A program made the position numbers and the translations under genes. A stretch of 64,000 bases of DNA from Thermoguttaceae bacterium (GTDB taxonomy: Bacteria; Planctomycetota; Planctomycetia; Pirellulales; Thermoguttaceae). Below the pieces are notes generated by a model. The model ran no database searches. It was not told the DNA's origin and saw only the letters and a list, made by a program, of their open reading frames with translations. Below are positions 16,863-24,572 of the stretch, piece by piece. The stretch spans positions 9,016 through 73,015 of the forward strand of contig JAZQDP010000051.1 of the NCBI GenBank assembly GCA_045546875.1, read 5' to 3'. Within the stretch, counting starts at the first letter, position 1. The number at the start of each line of letters is the position of its first letter.

Positions 16863-17408
16863 TTAACGCTCCCAATTCTTCGCATCTTTGAGTTTTTCGC
16901 TTTCAAGCACGTCTTTCAGAATCTCTGCTCTCATTGTCAGAAATTTGTCAAACGCTCTTTGAAACGGCATGACTGAGCTTTTCGTCCAGAAAGAAATGTC
17001 CTGTCCATGGATGGTTTCAAGTCTGAAAGAATAATAATCATTCACGATTACTTTCCCATCAATGCCTTTTCCCCAACGGCGCATAATACGGATTCGCAAC
17101 TTGTCCCATTTTGCAAGGCAACCATGATTTCTGCTCGTAAGCTCAATCGTTCCTTCGGCATACACCCCCAAACTATCCTCGTAGACAGTCAGTTCCGTTC
17201 CATACGCTTTGATTTTCATCTCTGGCGGTTTTCTGACAGCCAAAAGCGCCTGCGCATATTCCTCTTCCGGGGTCATTTGCTCCTCAAACACGCTGTCAAG
17301 CATTTCCTCCGGCTCCGGAGCAGTTTCCAGAATTTCCGGCTTTTCATACGGGATTTCTTGCGTCGTTTCAGAAACGTCAATCAATCCATCAATAACGTCG
17401 TCTGTCAT
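16863..17408 (-). CDS. hypothetical phage protein
   Basis: ATG at 17408 preceded by GGAG; the track start is a TTG. Acidic N-terminus. Confidence 0.5.
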   Translation of the reverse strand: MTDDVIDGLIDVSETTQEIPYEKPEILETAPEPEEMLDSVFEEQMTPEEEYAQALLAVRKPPEMKIKAYGTELTVYEDSLGVYAEGTIELTSRNHGCLAKWDKLRIRIMRRWGKGIDGKVIVNDYYSFRLETIHGQDISFWTKSSVMPFQRAFDKFLTMRAEILKDVLESEKLKDAKNWER

Positions 17409-17478
17409 GTTATTCTCCAACTAAGTTCCGGGAACCGCCCGGCGCGGCTGATTAAATCAGTATTCATTTTGAACTCAC

Positions 17479-17549
17479 AGGCGCAAACTGGACTTGAACC
17501 AGCATTTCCCACTTACAAGGCGGGAGTTCTACCATTGAACTATTGCGCC
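17479..17549 (-). tRNA. tRNA-Thr (anticodon UGU), prophage-encoded
   Basis: Hand-folded cloverleaf. Acceptor GGCGCAA/TTGCGCC, D stem GTTC/GAAC, anticodon stem CCCGC/GTGGG with loop CTTGTAA, T arm GCTGG-TTCAAGT-CCAGT. No encoded CCA. Confidence 0.85.
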
Positions 17550-17576
17550 TACTCTCCCCCCGGAGAAAGGTAATTC

Positions 17577-17927
17577 CTACGGTCGGTATGTACCCGGTAC
17601 AAAAGCGTCCCGGAGACCGTTTGCAATATCGCGCTCTTTGTAACGGTCAAGATTTCGCTGGGTAACCTCACTCACTTGCGGAAGTTTTGAGCATCTTTCC
17701 ATCTTGAATCTCGGAACTTCTTCTTTCTCCACCGGACGCAGAAGCTCAATCAAAGCAGTCTTCCTGATTCTCCAATGCCCATTCTCCAACAACCTCACAC
17801 AATCGTCAGCGGGAATTCTTCCCGTTCTAATCATTTTCAACACCGTTCCCGATGAAGTGTTCAATAAAGCGGCAACCTTTTTAACGGTTAACAGGTCTGG
17901 CAATTGGTTATAATCTTCCAATGTCAT
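17577..17927 (-). CDS. excisionase-family HTH DNA-binding protein
   Basis: LLTVKKVAALLNTSSGTVLKMIRTGRIPA...HWRIRKTALIELL, the Xis/AlpA-type pattern. Confidence 0.6.
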   Translation of the reverse strand: MTLEDYNQLPDLLTVKKVAALLNTSSGTVLKMIRTGRIPADDCVRLLENGHWRIRKTALIELLRPVEKEEVPRFKMERCSKLPQVSEVTQRNLDRYKERDIANGLRDAFVPGTYRP

Positions 17928-18039
17928 AGCTTGGCGGCTCCTCGTTTCTGGTTATCAGCTTGCCGCTATGTCCCCGCCCGGAATTTAACCAGGCTAGCAG
18001 CTCAACAGCAGGGACAAGCAACCATGCTTCAATATCAAT

Positions 18040-18333
18040 CTAAAACAACTCTCCGGACGCCCATTTTTTGCTCATGGCTAAAGAATATTCTGCGTATTCC
18101 TTCTTCCATTCTTCAAAGTATTCAGCAGAGTAGGGCATGAATGGTTCTTCATCTTCCAAACTATTCTGGGCGTTCCGAATATTCCCCAACACTGCCAACG
18201 TCAAATCCATCAGTTCTCCAAGTTCAATCTCGCTGTCGTTGTTCCTGAGTTGATGAACTTTGAGCAACAATTTCAATGCGCTCAAATCAGCGATCGCCAA
18301 AAAAATTTCTTTTACAATTTTGTTGTCATTCAT
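18040..18333 (-). CDS. hypothetical phage protein
   Basis: 97-aa ORF with an ATG start. Confidence 0.5.
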   Translation of the reverse strand: MNDNKIVKEIFLAIADLSALKLLLKVHQLRNNDSEIELGELMDLTLAVLGNIRNAQNSLEDEEPFMPYSAEYFEEWKKEYAEYSLAMSKKWASGELF

Positions 18334-18343
18334 GATATAGGTA

Positions 18344-18399
18344 CAAAAAAACGGGATTCCGATTTAGTGTTCTTTGCAAGCCGACACGCGGAATCCCGT
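18344..18399 (-). terminator. intrinsic terminator (11-bp stem plus U7) in the leader of 18040-18333
   Basis: Minus strand: ACGGGATTCCG...CGGAATCCCGT followed by TTTTTTT. Confidence 0.6.
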
Positions 18400-18487
18400 C
18401 AGGGAATTATTTCGTCTTCGTGTCGTGCTTGCGGGCGTAATTATACAGGTCAGTTGTTAAAAGTCTGTCAAACCTTTTAACAAAATG

Positions 18488-18880
18488 TTAAAGCCCTGAA
18501 ATATTGTAACAATCTCCATTTTTAAGAATTTCGATTCCTTGACTAAAAAAGCGTTTATTGAATTGGGATATAGTTGAACGGACAAGTCCATCTGAAACAA
18601 CGGAATTTCCCCACACCTTTTCTATCAAATCAATAACCCGCACTTTGTCCTTGTACTGAAAGCAACGGAGAATTTGAGCATTTCTTCCTGAAACATTGAG
18701 GGGTTCCCCATCACAATAAATTCCATCGTCGAAAAACTCAACCCTTCTCGGCTTGCTTTTTGCGTTGCAATAGTCGCTTAAGCGTTGGGCGAAACTTTCT
18801 GCTTCGTGAACGTCAGCAAAGACCAGGAACACTTTCCCACGGTCTATGTAAATCTGTTCGATAGGAATCGGTATTTCCAT
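18488..18880 (-). CDS. winged-helix (OmpR/PhoB trans_reg_C-like) DNA-binding protein
   Basis: C-terminal half LNVSGRNAQILRCFQYKDKVRVIDLIEKVWGNSVVSDGLVRSTISQFNKRF. ATG at 18880. Confidence 0.45.
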   Translation of the reverse strand: MEIPIPIEQIYIDRGKVFLVFADVHEAESFAQRLSDYCNAKSKPRRVEFFDDGIYCDGEPLNVSGRNAQILRCFQYKDKVRVIDLIEKVWGNSVVSDGLVRSTISQFNKRFFSQGIEILKNGDCYNISGL

Positions 18881-18910
18881 CAATATGGGACTCCAAGACC
18901 AGACCCCCTA

Positions 18911-18938
18911 TTGTTAGAACCGCAATGAGCGGTATAAT
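18911..18938 (+). promoter_or_regulatory. plus-strand sigma70-type promoter (TTGTTA-16-TATAAT)
   Basis: Hexamers at 18911-18916 and 18933-18938 in an intergenic gap of a prophage otherwise coded on the minus strand. Confidence 0.4.
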
Positions 18939-18944
18939 AAGAAG

Positions 18945-19011
18945 GTCTGGTTACTGCTGGGCGGTTACAGTTAAAAGTTTCCGAGGCTTGAGGCTGTAAC
19001 CTTATTTTTTT
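18945..19011 (+). ncRNA. candidate small RNA (promoter to hairpin-U-run)
   Basis: Hairpin GGTTACAG (18963)...CTGTAACC (19001) followed by TTATTTTTTT. Only the plus strand has the U-run. Confidence 0.35.
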
Positions 19012-19217
19012 ATTACGAATATGTCGCCGTCCCTTGTGATACCTCCTGTCGGTTCGGCAAAAACAATTGCTTCCAGATTCGTGGGCGTTTTCGATTCGGA
19101 ATACCTTTTACCTTTGCAGTAAAAAATTCCATTTTCATCTTCAACAAGGTAAGTTCTACGTCCTCCAAAATCTTTCGCAAATCGCTCAATAAGAGCATCA
19201 ACTTCTTCTTCAGGCAT
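19002..19217 (-). CDS. hypothetical phage protein
   Basis: ATG at 19217 preceded by AAGGAG; the track start is a TTG. Confidence 0.45.
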   Translation of the reverse strand: MPEEEVDALIERFAKDFGGRRTYLVEDENGIFYCKGKRYSESKTPTNLEAIVFAEPTGGITRDGDIFVIKK

Positions 19218-19231
19218 TGGTAATTTCTCCT

Positions 19232-19468
19232 TCAATCATAATCAAAGCAACCCGCATTTTCGCGCCGTTCTCTGATTCTCTCAAACGTGTCAACCGTGAA
19301 TCCCATTGGGTCTTCATCAAAGAGGTTGTAAATCCTCTCCACTTCCGCTCGCGGGATTTCAAGCATTATGCTGATTTCCTCAATCTCGTCCGGCTCGCTC
19401 TCATAACCTGTATCGCCAAGCCATTGAGGAAATATCGCCGTCATTCCCACTTCATTTTTCATCTTCAT
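19232..19468 (-). CDS. hypothetical phage protein
   Basis: 78-aa ORF with an ATG start, translationally coupled. Confidence 0.45.
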   Translation of the reverse strand: MKMKNEVGMTAIFPQWLGDTGYESEPDEIEEISIMLEIPRAEVERIYNLFDEDPMGFTVDTFERIRERRENAGCFDYD

Positions 19469-19722
19469 TTCAAATATTCCTCCGGATTTATTATCATTTC
19501 ATTCAACGTCTTTCTGGTAACCTTGAAAATCCGTCCATTGTCCGCAACAAAGAACCGGTTGACTTCCCGGCGATATTCTACAGGATAAAACATTCCGCCG
19601 TTCCAGAAGCCCGTTTTCCGCCGTTTGACAATGTCGTTGATTATCGTCTGCGCTTTACTCACTTTCATTTTCTCTTTCACCTGGGGAATGTCCCCCTCCC
19701 CATCGGGGAAGGGGATTCTCAA
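19465..19722 (-). CDS. hypothetical phage protein (start uncertain)
   Basis: The track start is a TTG. Alternatives are GTG at 19680 (after GGGGAGGGGGA) or ATG at 19668. Confidence 0.4.
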   Translation of the reverse strand: MRIPFPDGEGDIPQVKEKMKVSKAQTIINDIVKRRKTGFWNGGMFYPVEYRREVNRFFVADNGRIFKVTRKTLNEMIINPEEYLK

Positions 19723-19730
19723 TCTTGATT

Positions 19731-20663
19731 CTACTGGGCGAGGAATTCCAACGTCTGCCGATACAACGGAGTCGAACCGGAAAGGACGTTCCCCAATAAC
19801 CGCTGGCGGCTAATCGTGTTAAAATGCGTTTCAAAATCAGAAACCGCATTCAACACTCCCCATTCAGTACCACGGAATTTCTGAATGTCAGGCGCATTCA
19901 GGCAGCGTTCAAACAAGTCAAGCTTCTTCTCCATGAACTTGCGGTGTTTCTCCCCTAATCCTTCATCAATCGGGAACAGCTTTTCAGCGAGAGCTTCAAT
20001 CGTCCCTTCCCCAATCCTCTTTTCAGCAGATTCTTCACCGAAGCGGACAAATTCCGTCATGTAATTTCTCATGTTCCAGATCGCACGCGTCGCCTGTACC
20101 ACTCTGTCTTCCATCGTTCTGAAATGCGGAATCGACCAATGGCTGGCGGCTTTCCTGATTGCCGTCTGCAAAGTGTTCCAGCAGACAACCCTGATTGGCG
20201 TAATCGCGAGGTGCAAAGCAGATTTCCCATTATGGGAATTGGACAGGAGCAGGTACGTCTTGATACTGTCTCCCGCAACAACGTGCTCTTTCTCAAAAGC
20301 ACACGTCATGTAAACCTTCTTCCCTCCATACAGAGAACCAGCAGTTTCAAACTTCAACCCATCACCATCGGTGCGTTCCATGATTACGTCCATAATCCGG
20401 AAAGCGTCAGTATTCTGCAACACGCGATAATTTTCACCCACGATGTCAAAGAACTTCCCATCAACATCACGGCAGAGCGCGTAACGTTCCGGAATCTGAT
20501 TCCCATTGACGTAAACCGGCTCACGCGTAACGCTCCAATCCAGACCAGCAAGAGTCAACGCTTCCTCGCTCGTCGGAGCTTCTTCAACAACTTTTCCAAG
20601 TCCGTGCCAAGGACGCTGTCTGTGGCTAAACATCGTATCGTTTTCAATAATCATAGAAGCCAT
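19731..20663 (-). CDS. DUF932-family phage/plasmid protein
   Basis: N-terminus FSHRQRPWHGLGKVVEEAPTSEEALTLAGLDWSV...YRVLQNTDAF and a 310-aa length fit the DUF932 (TIGR03299-like) family as I recall it. Confidence 0.7.
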   Translation of the reverse strand: MASMIIENDTMFSHRQRPWHGLGKVVEEAPTSEEALTLAGLDWSVTREPVYVNGNQIPERYALCRDVDGKFFDIVGENYRVLQNTDAFRIMDVIMERTDGDGLKFETAGSLYGGKKVYMTCAFEKEHVVAGDSIKTYLLLSNSHNGKSALHLAITPIRVVCWNTLQTAIRKAASHWSIPHFRTMEDRVVQATRAIWNMRNYMTEFVRFGEESAEKRIGEGTIEALAEKLFPIDEGLGEKHRKFMEKKLDLFERCLNAPDIQKFRGTEWGVLNAVSDFETHFNTISRQRLLGNVLSGSTPLYRQTLEFLAQ

Positions 20664-20702
20664 AATAAATCAATCCTCCATTAAATAGTTAAGGTAAACA
20701 GC

Positions 20703-20723
20703 GGACGGCGATTCTCGCCGTCC
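20703..20723 (-). terminator. hairpin downstream of 20747-21106 (weak U-tract)
   Basis: GGACGGCGA-nnn-TCGCCGTCC, followed on the minus strand by GCTGTTTACCTT. Confidence 0.35.
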
Positions 20724-20746
20724 AGCATTCGCAATTTCAAACAGTT

Positions 20747-21106
20747 TCAACTTTGACAATCAAAATATTTTCCAGTCGGATATGGACCGTCGCACGGGTC
20801 AATTCCGATGTATTCAGCGCATCCATCATGAACGATGTAAACATCATTCGTCCGCAGATCGGACAGGCTCAAACCATAGCAGATTCCACAATTGTAAGCC
20901 TCGTCCCAATCATCGTAAGCGCTGTACTCCTTCAGCGGACGTCCAACCCATTCAGATTCCGTGTAATCCCAATACCAAACCTTCTTCGTCTGGCGGTCGA
21001 TCGCAACGATAAACCAATAACGCTGGGTTTTCGCACGCTTCGTCTTCAGTACTTTCTGAATCTCCCTTTTCGTAACGGGCGTCTGAGCAACATTCTTTTT
21101 AATCAT
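20747..21106 (-). CDS. hypothetical phage protein
   Basis: ATG at 21106 preceded by GGAGAAAG. Confidence 0.5.
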   Translation of the reverse strand: MIKKNVAQTPVTKREIQKVLKTKRAKTQRYWFIVAIDRQTKKVWYWDYTESEWVGRPLKEYSAYDDWDEAYNCGICYGLSLSDLRTNDVYIVHDGCAEYIGIDPCDGPYPTGKYFDCQS

Positions 21107-21178
21107 GATTCTTTCTCCATTCAAAATAATTCACACCGGGGACGCGCCCGGCGATAAAATCGCCGGGCAAGTGTAACC

Positions 21179-21502
21179 TCAATATCCTTGTTTCGCAACG
21201 ATTTCTTCAACCTGAGCGAGGAGCCATTCCTTCCCACAAAAGCGGATGTCATTCAGAATCGGCGCACTTTCCTGTTCAGAGCAGCAACAGCCATCAATGA
21301 AGAAACTGTGGGTCGCCAAGTAGTAAACCTCTTGAACAAGGTTCTCGTGGTCGGCAAGGAATTCCTTCGCATCGTTGTACTCCTTTGAATCCTCAGGACA
21401 GTCAAGCATTGTATTTTCATTCTCACCGATGAGCCAATCAGCAGCTCCCTTGATGTTCCGTCGAGCTCTTTTCTGTCTTACATCAAATTTCATCTTTTCC
21501 AT
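21179..21502 (-). CDS. hypothetical phage protein
   Basis: 107-aa ORF with an ATG start. Confidence 0.5.
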   Translation of the reverse strand: MEKMKFDVRQKRARRNIKGAADWLIGENENTMLDCPEDSKEYNDAKEFLADHENLVQEVYYLATHSFFIDGCCCSEQESAPILNDIRFCGKEWLLAQVEEIVAKQGY

Positions 21503-21582
21503 CTTGATTTCTCCTAATTAAAATTTTGAACAAAGGGGGAGAGAAGCCCCAGCCCATTGCCGGGGCTTCCAATGATTCCAGA

Positions 21583-22065
21583 TTAGCAGGACTTGCGGAC
21601 TTTACTCGCCTTGACATTCTCATAATCTCGCCAGCAGAAATTGACGCAAACGAATGAATCGTCTTCGTAGCGGTAAATCGCTTCCGCCTTATCTCCAGCA
21701 CACTTGAAGCGTTTCCATTCTTCTTCGTTGCACCAATCCTTGACAGTCCAACCGCGTTCGTAATTTCCAAGCTCCCAAGCTCCCCACATGACGGCAACCA
21801 CTTCGTAAGCAACAACCGTCCAACCGCACTTTTTGCTTGAAACAGAATCAACGAATTTCATTGCTTCAACATGATGAGGAATTCCAGGAACGTTCCAGTT
21901 ATGGGTTCGTCCAGCTTCATTTTTCCTTTTCATCAACTCATTCGCGCGGGCATTGAGTTCGGCGAGGTTATCAAAGAACTCGTAATTGAACCCTTCTTTA
22001 TGCCCTTCAGGCAACGGGTGAAGCCAATCAATAACGAGCATGAATTGTTTGTAAGATTTTCTCAT
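21583..22065 (-). CDS. hypothetical phage protein (Trp/Cys-rich)
   Basis: ATG at 22065 preceded by GGAAGGA. The upstream part of the track ORF (to 22239) covers the conserved leader and promoter module and is unlikely to be coding. Confidence 0.5.
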   Translation of the reverse strand: MRKSYKQFMLVIDWLHPLPEGHKEGFNYEFFDNLAELNARANELMKRKNEAGRTHNWNVPGIPHHVEAMKFVDSVSSKKCGWTVVAYEVVAVMWGAWELGNYERGWTVKDWCNEEEWKRFKCAGDKAEAIYRYEDDSFVCVNFCWRDYENVKASKVRKSC

Positions 22066-22113
22066 GGTACGACCAATCCTTCCTTCCCCATTTTCGGGGA
22101 CTTGCGAACGGTC

Positions 22114-22141
22114 TTGACAAATACCAGAGAAGTGATATAAT
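22114..22141 (+). promoter_or_regulatory. plus-strand consensus promoter TTGACA-16-TATAAT (module 1)
   Basis: TTGACA at 22114-22119, TATAAT at 22136-22141. Paralogous to 24409-24436. Confidence 0.55.
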
Positions 22142-22147
22142 CCAGAC

Positions 22148-22212
22148 CGTTCTAGTTTTTGAACAATTGAGCTTCGGTTAGATTTTCCAGGTCCGAACCG
22201 AGGCTCTTTTTT
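22148..22212 (+). ncRNA. candidate antisense small RNA (module 1)
   Basis: Predicted TSS about 22148. Hairpin GAGCTTCGGTT (22169-22179)/AACCGAGGCTC (22196-22206) plus TTTTTT. The 5' part is conserved with 24443-24475. Confidence 0.45.
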
Positions 22213-22253
22213 CTTTCTTGATTGAATGAACTTCATCAATCATTACACTGTAC

Positions 22254-22281
22254 ATTTTAACACCTAAAATAATGCTGTCAA
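22254..22281 (-). promoter_or_regulatory. minus-strand promoter GGTTTGACAGC-16-TAAAAT for the operon starting at 22065
   Basis: TTGACA at 22281-22276 and TAAAAT at 22259-22254, followed by the conserved TAATGATTGA hairpin leader. Confidence 0.5.
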
Positions 22282-22300
22282 ACCGCATTTCCGTAATTTT

Positions 22301-22597
22301 TCAGATTTTTTCAGGATTTTTCTGTGAATTTTCGGAATTTTTTCCCAATTTCCGTTCGACTGACCGTTTGGCTGCTCCCAAATATCCCAAAACGTGTTTC
22401 GCATGCGTAAACGCTTTCCCAATCTTGACAAACGTTGTAGAAAGGTACATTCTTCTATTCCTGAACTCTGAAAAACACGTGTGATTGTACAGAAAATCCA
22501 GTTCATCTCGGACTTCTTCCATCTTCGCAATCAACTCCGGAATACGCTCGTCAAGTTCTTCATCACTCAACACAGGAAATTCTTCTTTCTGGTTCAT
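22301..22597 (-). CDS. hypothetical phage protein
   Basis: ATG at 22597 preceded by GGAGGA; the track start is a TTG. Confidence 0.5.
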   Translation of the reverse strand: MNQKEEFPVLSDEELDERIPELIAKMEEVRDELDFLYNHTCFSEFRNRRMYLSTTFVKIGKAFTHAKHVLGYLGAAKRSVERKLGKNSENSQKNPEKI

Positions 22598-22652
22598 CTT
22601 CACTTCCTCCAAACGGGCGGCGATTTCTCACCGCCCCAATTCAAACAGTAAA

Positions 22653-22955
22653 CTATTTTTTCGTGATGTAATAACGCTGTGACAATTTCCCAAGTGAATC
22701 ACTTGAAATTAAGTTTTTGTTCTCGTCAGCAACAACAAAGGACGCATGACGATTCGACCAGTAAATCTTTCCATCGTGGCTATATCCCATTGGGGAATAA
22801 AGGTCGATTTCATCACCTTCAAACAGCGGCGTTCCCATTTTATCCTTCAATCCCGTGAATCGGCGCATCGTCTTCGGATTGAATCCCAATTCCTGAAGGT
22901 CTTTCTCGGTTACGTCGATCGTTTTACCTTCTTTCTCAATTCTAAAGTAAATCAT
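22653..22955 (-). CDS. YopX-like protein (short)
   Basis: FTGLKDKMGTPLFEGDEIDLY matches the YopX core motif. Confidence 0.55.
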   Translation of the reverse strand: MIYFRIEKEGKTIDVTEKDLQELGFNPKTMRRFTGLKDKMGTPLFEGDEIDLYSPMGYSHDGKIYWSNRHASFVVADENKNLISSDSLGKLSQRYYITKK

Positions 22956-23024
22956 TTTCTATCTCCATTCACTCTTTCTTCATCAAACTGATTTCAGAAT
23001 CGTACAGCCGGGGCTTATTCCGTC

Positions 23025-23360
23025 CTAGTCCTCAAAATATCCTTCGTCTTCCAGTTCCTCCATGACGGATTCCGGAATCGTCCAGCCCGGGAAGTAATAA
23101 ACCCTTCCCAAACCCATACTGTCTTGGCGCATGTCCTCAAACATTCGCCCGATTTCATCGGTGTAACAGAGCGTTTCATCATTGAACGCAAAGATAATGC
23201 CAGCAAACAGACGCCCAACGCTCTCGTCAGTCCTAATCGAAAAACAACGATTTCCAAACATTCCACGCCCGGAGTAATCATTATCCCAATTCAAACCATA
23301 ATCGTCGCAAACGCCAATCAGGAACCGCGCCAAATCTTCACTAATAATCTCGTTACTCAT
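23025..23360 (-). CDS. hypothetical phage protein
   Basis: 111-aa ORF with an ATG start. Confidence 0.5.
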   Translation of the reverse strand: MSNEIISEDLARFLIGVCDDYGLNWDNDYSGRGMFGNRCFSIRTDESVGRLFAGIIFAFNDETLCYTDEIGRMFEDMRQDSMGLGRVYYFPGWTIPESVMEELEDEGYFED

Positions 23361-23447
23361 AATCTCAAATCTCCATTAAAAAAAGGTTAAACATTCCAGA
23401 TTCGCCCCCCAGCTTTTAACCTGGGGAGCATTCTCCATCACTCAGGA

Positions 23448-23957
23448 CTAATTCCAGTCGCATTCTTCTTCCTCGTCCTCGTCGTATTCGTCGTACTCGT
23501 CAGCAAACAGCTCTTCCTCGTAGCAGTCTTCTTCATCTTCATCAACATCTTCAACCGGGTCAGCGTAGTCAAACAAATCCCCATCTTCATTGGGAACGCT
23601 TCCAAGTTCAAGAGCTTCAATGCAGTCAACCGCCGCTTCAGTCAATCCATCAACCAGAGAATCGTAATCGTCGTCATTCCCACTGTAAGGCATTCTCTCG
23701 CAGAGCTTATCGACCTGTCCCTTGAACCATTCGGTAACGTCGTGTTTCTCAATAACATGAATCAGGAACCGGACAGCAGGGTTGACAGTCTCTCGTCCAT
23801 AACCTTCAAGGAATTTATCCCCATCATTGTACCAGCGATAGCCAATCCGTGAAACAGCTCGCAGAATCTCACCGCCAAGCGTTTCGCACTTTCCACTACT
23901 GGGAACGAGCTTGTCAAACAGGGCTTCATAACGTTCTTTGTTTTCAGTATTCAACAT
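23448..23957 (-). CDS. hypothetical protein with a hyper-acidic C-terminal tail
   Basis: The last 45 or so residues are mainly D/E/Y (DPVEDVDEDEEDCYEEELFADEYDEYDEDEEEECDWN). Confidence 0.5.
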   Translation of the reverse strand: MLNTENKERYEALFDKLVPSSGKCETLGGEILRAVSRIGYRWYNDGDKFLEGYGRETVNPAVRFLIHVIEKHDVTEWFKGQVDKLCERMPYSGNDDDYDSLVDGLTEAAVDCIEALELGSVPNEDGDLFDYADPVEDVDEDEEDCYEEELFADEYDEYDEDEEEECDWN

Positions 23958-24036
23958 CTTTGATTTCCTCCATCATTAAAATTCACACGGATTCCAGAAG
24001 GACGGTAAAACCGCCCTTCACCATTATTCATTCTCA

Positions 24037-24366
24037 CTACCAGAGCAGCTTTCTCCAATCAATCATTTCGCCAGAGAAGTCAATCTCGTAATTTCCGTCA
24101 TTGAACCAGATTGAAAAGACCTCACCAGGATTCCAGCAATTCGGAGCCTTCCATTCTTTATCAGCGCTGCGCTTATCGAACATCTCAACAGTTTTGTAAA
24201 CAACAGAGTACTTGTCGTAGATTCTCCATTCACAAATATGGACGCGGAAAACGTTCGGCTTCTTCAACCACTCTTCTGCAACCTTCTTCAAAGATTCCCG
24301 GCTGTTTCCGAGTTTGAATTCATCATGAATCCCTGCCCCTTCAACCAACAAGCAAAATTCATTCAT
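24037..24366 (-). CDS. hypothetical phage protein (first gene of the rightmost early operon)
   Basis: ATG at 24366 preceded by GGAAGAAGGAAA. Confidence 0.5.
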   Translation of the reverse strand: MNEFCLLVEGAGIHDEFKLGNSRESLKKVAEEWLKKPNVFRVHICEWRIYDKYSVVYKTVEMFDKRSADKEWKAPNCWNPGEVFSIWFNDGNYEIDFSGEMIDWRKLLW

Positions 24367-24408
24367 CTGAAATTTCCTTCTTCCCATTCTGGGCGGCTGG
24401 GAACGGGC

Positions 24409-24436
24409 TTGACAAGATTTTTAATCGCGCTATAAT
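24409..24436 (+). promoter_or_regulatory. plus-strand consensus promoter TTGACA-16-TATAAT (module 2)
   Basis: TTGACA at 24409-24414, TATAAT at 24431-24436. Confidence 0.55.
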
Positions 24437-24442
24437 CAAGAC

Positions 24443-24505
24443 CGTTCATTTTGAATAATTGACCTTGGTTTACACACACAACAAATCAGACCAAGGTCTT
24501 TTTTT
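24443..24505 (+). ncRNA. candidate antisense small RNA (module 2)
   Basis: Hairpin GACCTTGGT (24461-24469)/ACCAAGGTC (24490-24498) plus TTTTTTT. Antisense to the predicted 5' UTR of the 24366 operon. Confidence 0.45.
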
Positions 24506-24544
24506 ATGATTGATTCTTTTTTCATCTCAATCATTACGCCGCGC

Positions 24545-24572
24545 AATTTACCACAACGACGAACGCTGTCAA
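24545..24572 (-). promoter_or_regulatory. minus-strand promoter GGGTTTGACAGC-16-TAAATT for the operon starting at 24366
   Basis: TTGACA at 24572-24567 and TAAATT at 24550-24545, followed by the TAATGATTGA hairpin leader as in module 1. Confidence 0.5.

Noticed and set aside
17007-17573. 188-aa plus-strand ORF
   Set aside because: It runs antisense through 16863-17408 and straight across the tRNA-Thr gene. Its composition is that of a shadow frame.
22066-22239. N-terminal extension of the 218-aa ORF, and the overlapping ORF 21483-21851
   Set aside because: The extension covers the conserved non-coding leader/promoter module that is duplicated at 24.4 kb. The internal ATG at 22065 has a proper RBS. 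ORF 21483-21851 is out of frame with the better-supported gene.
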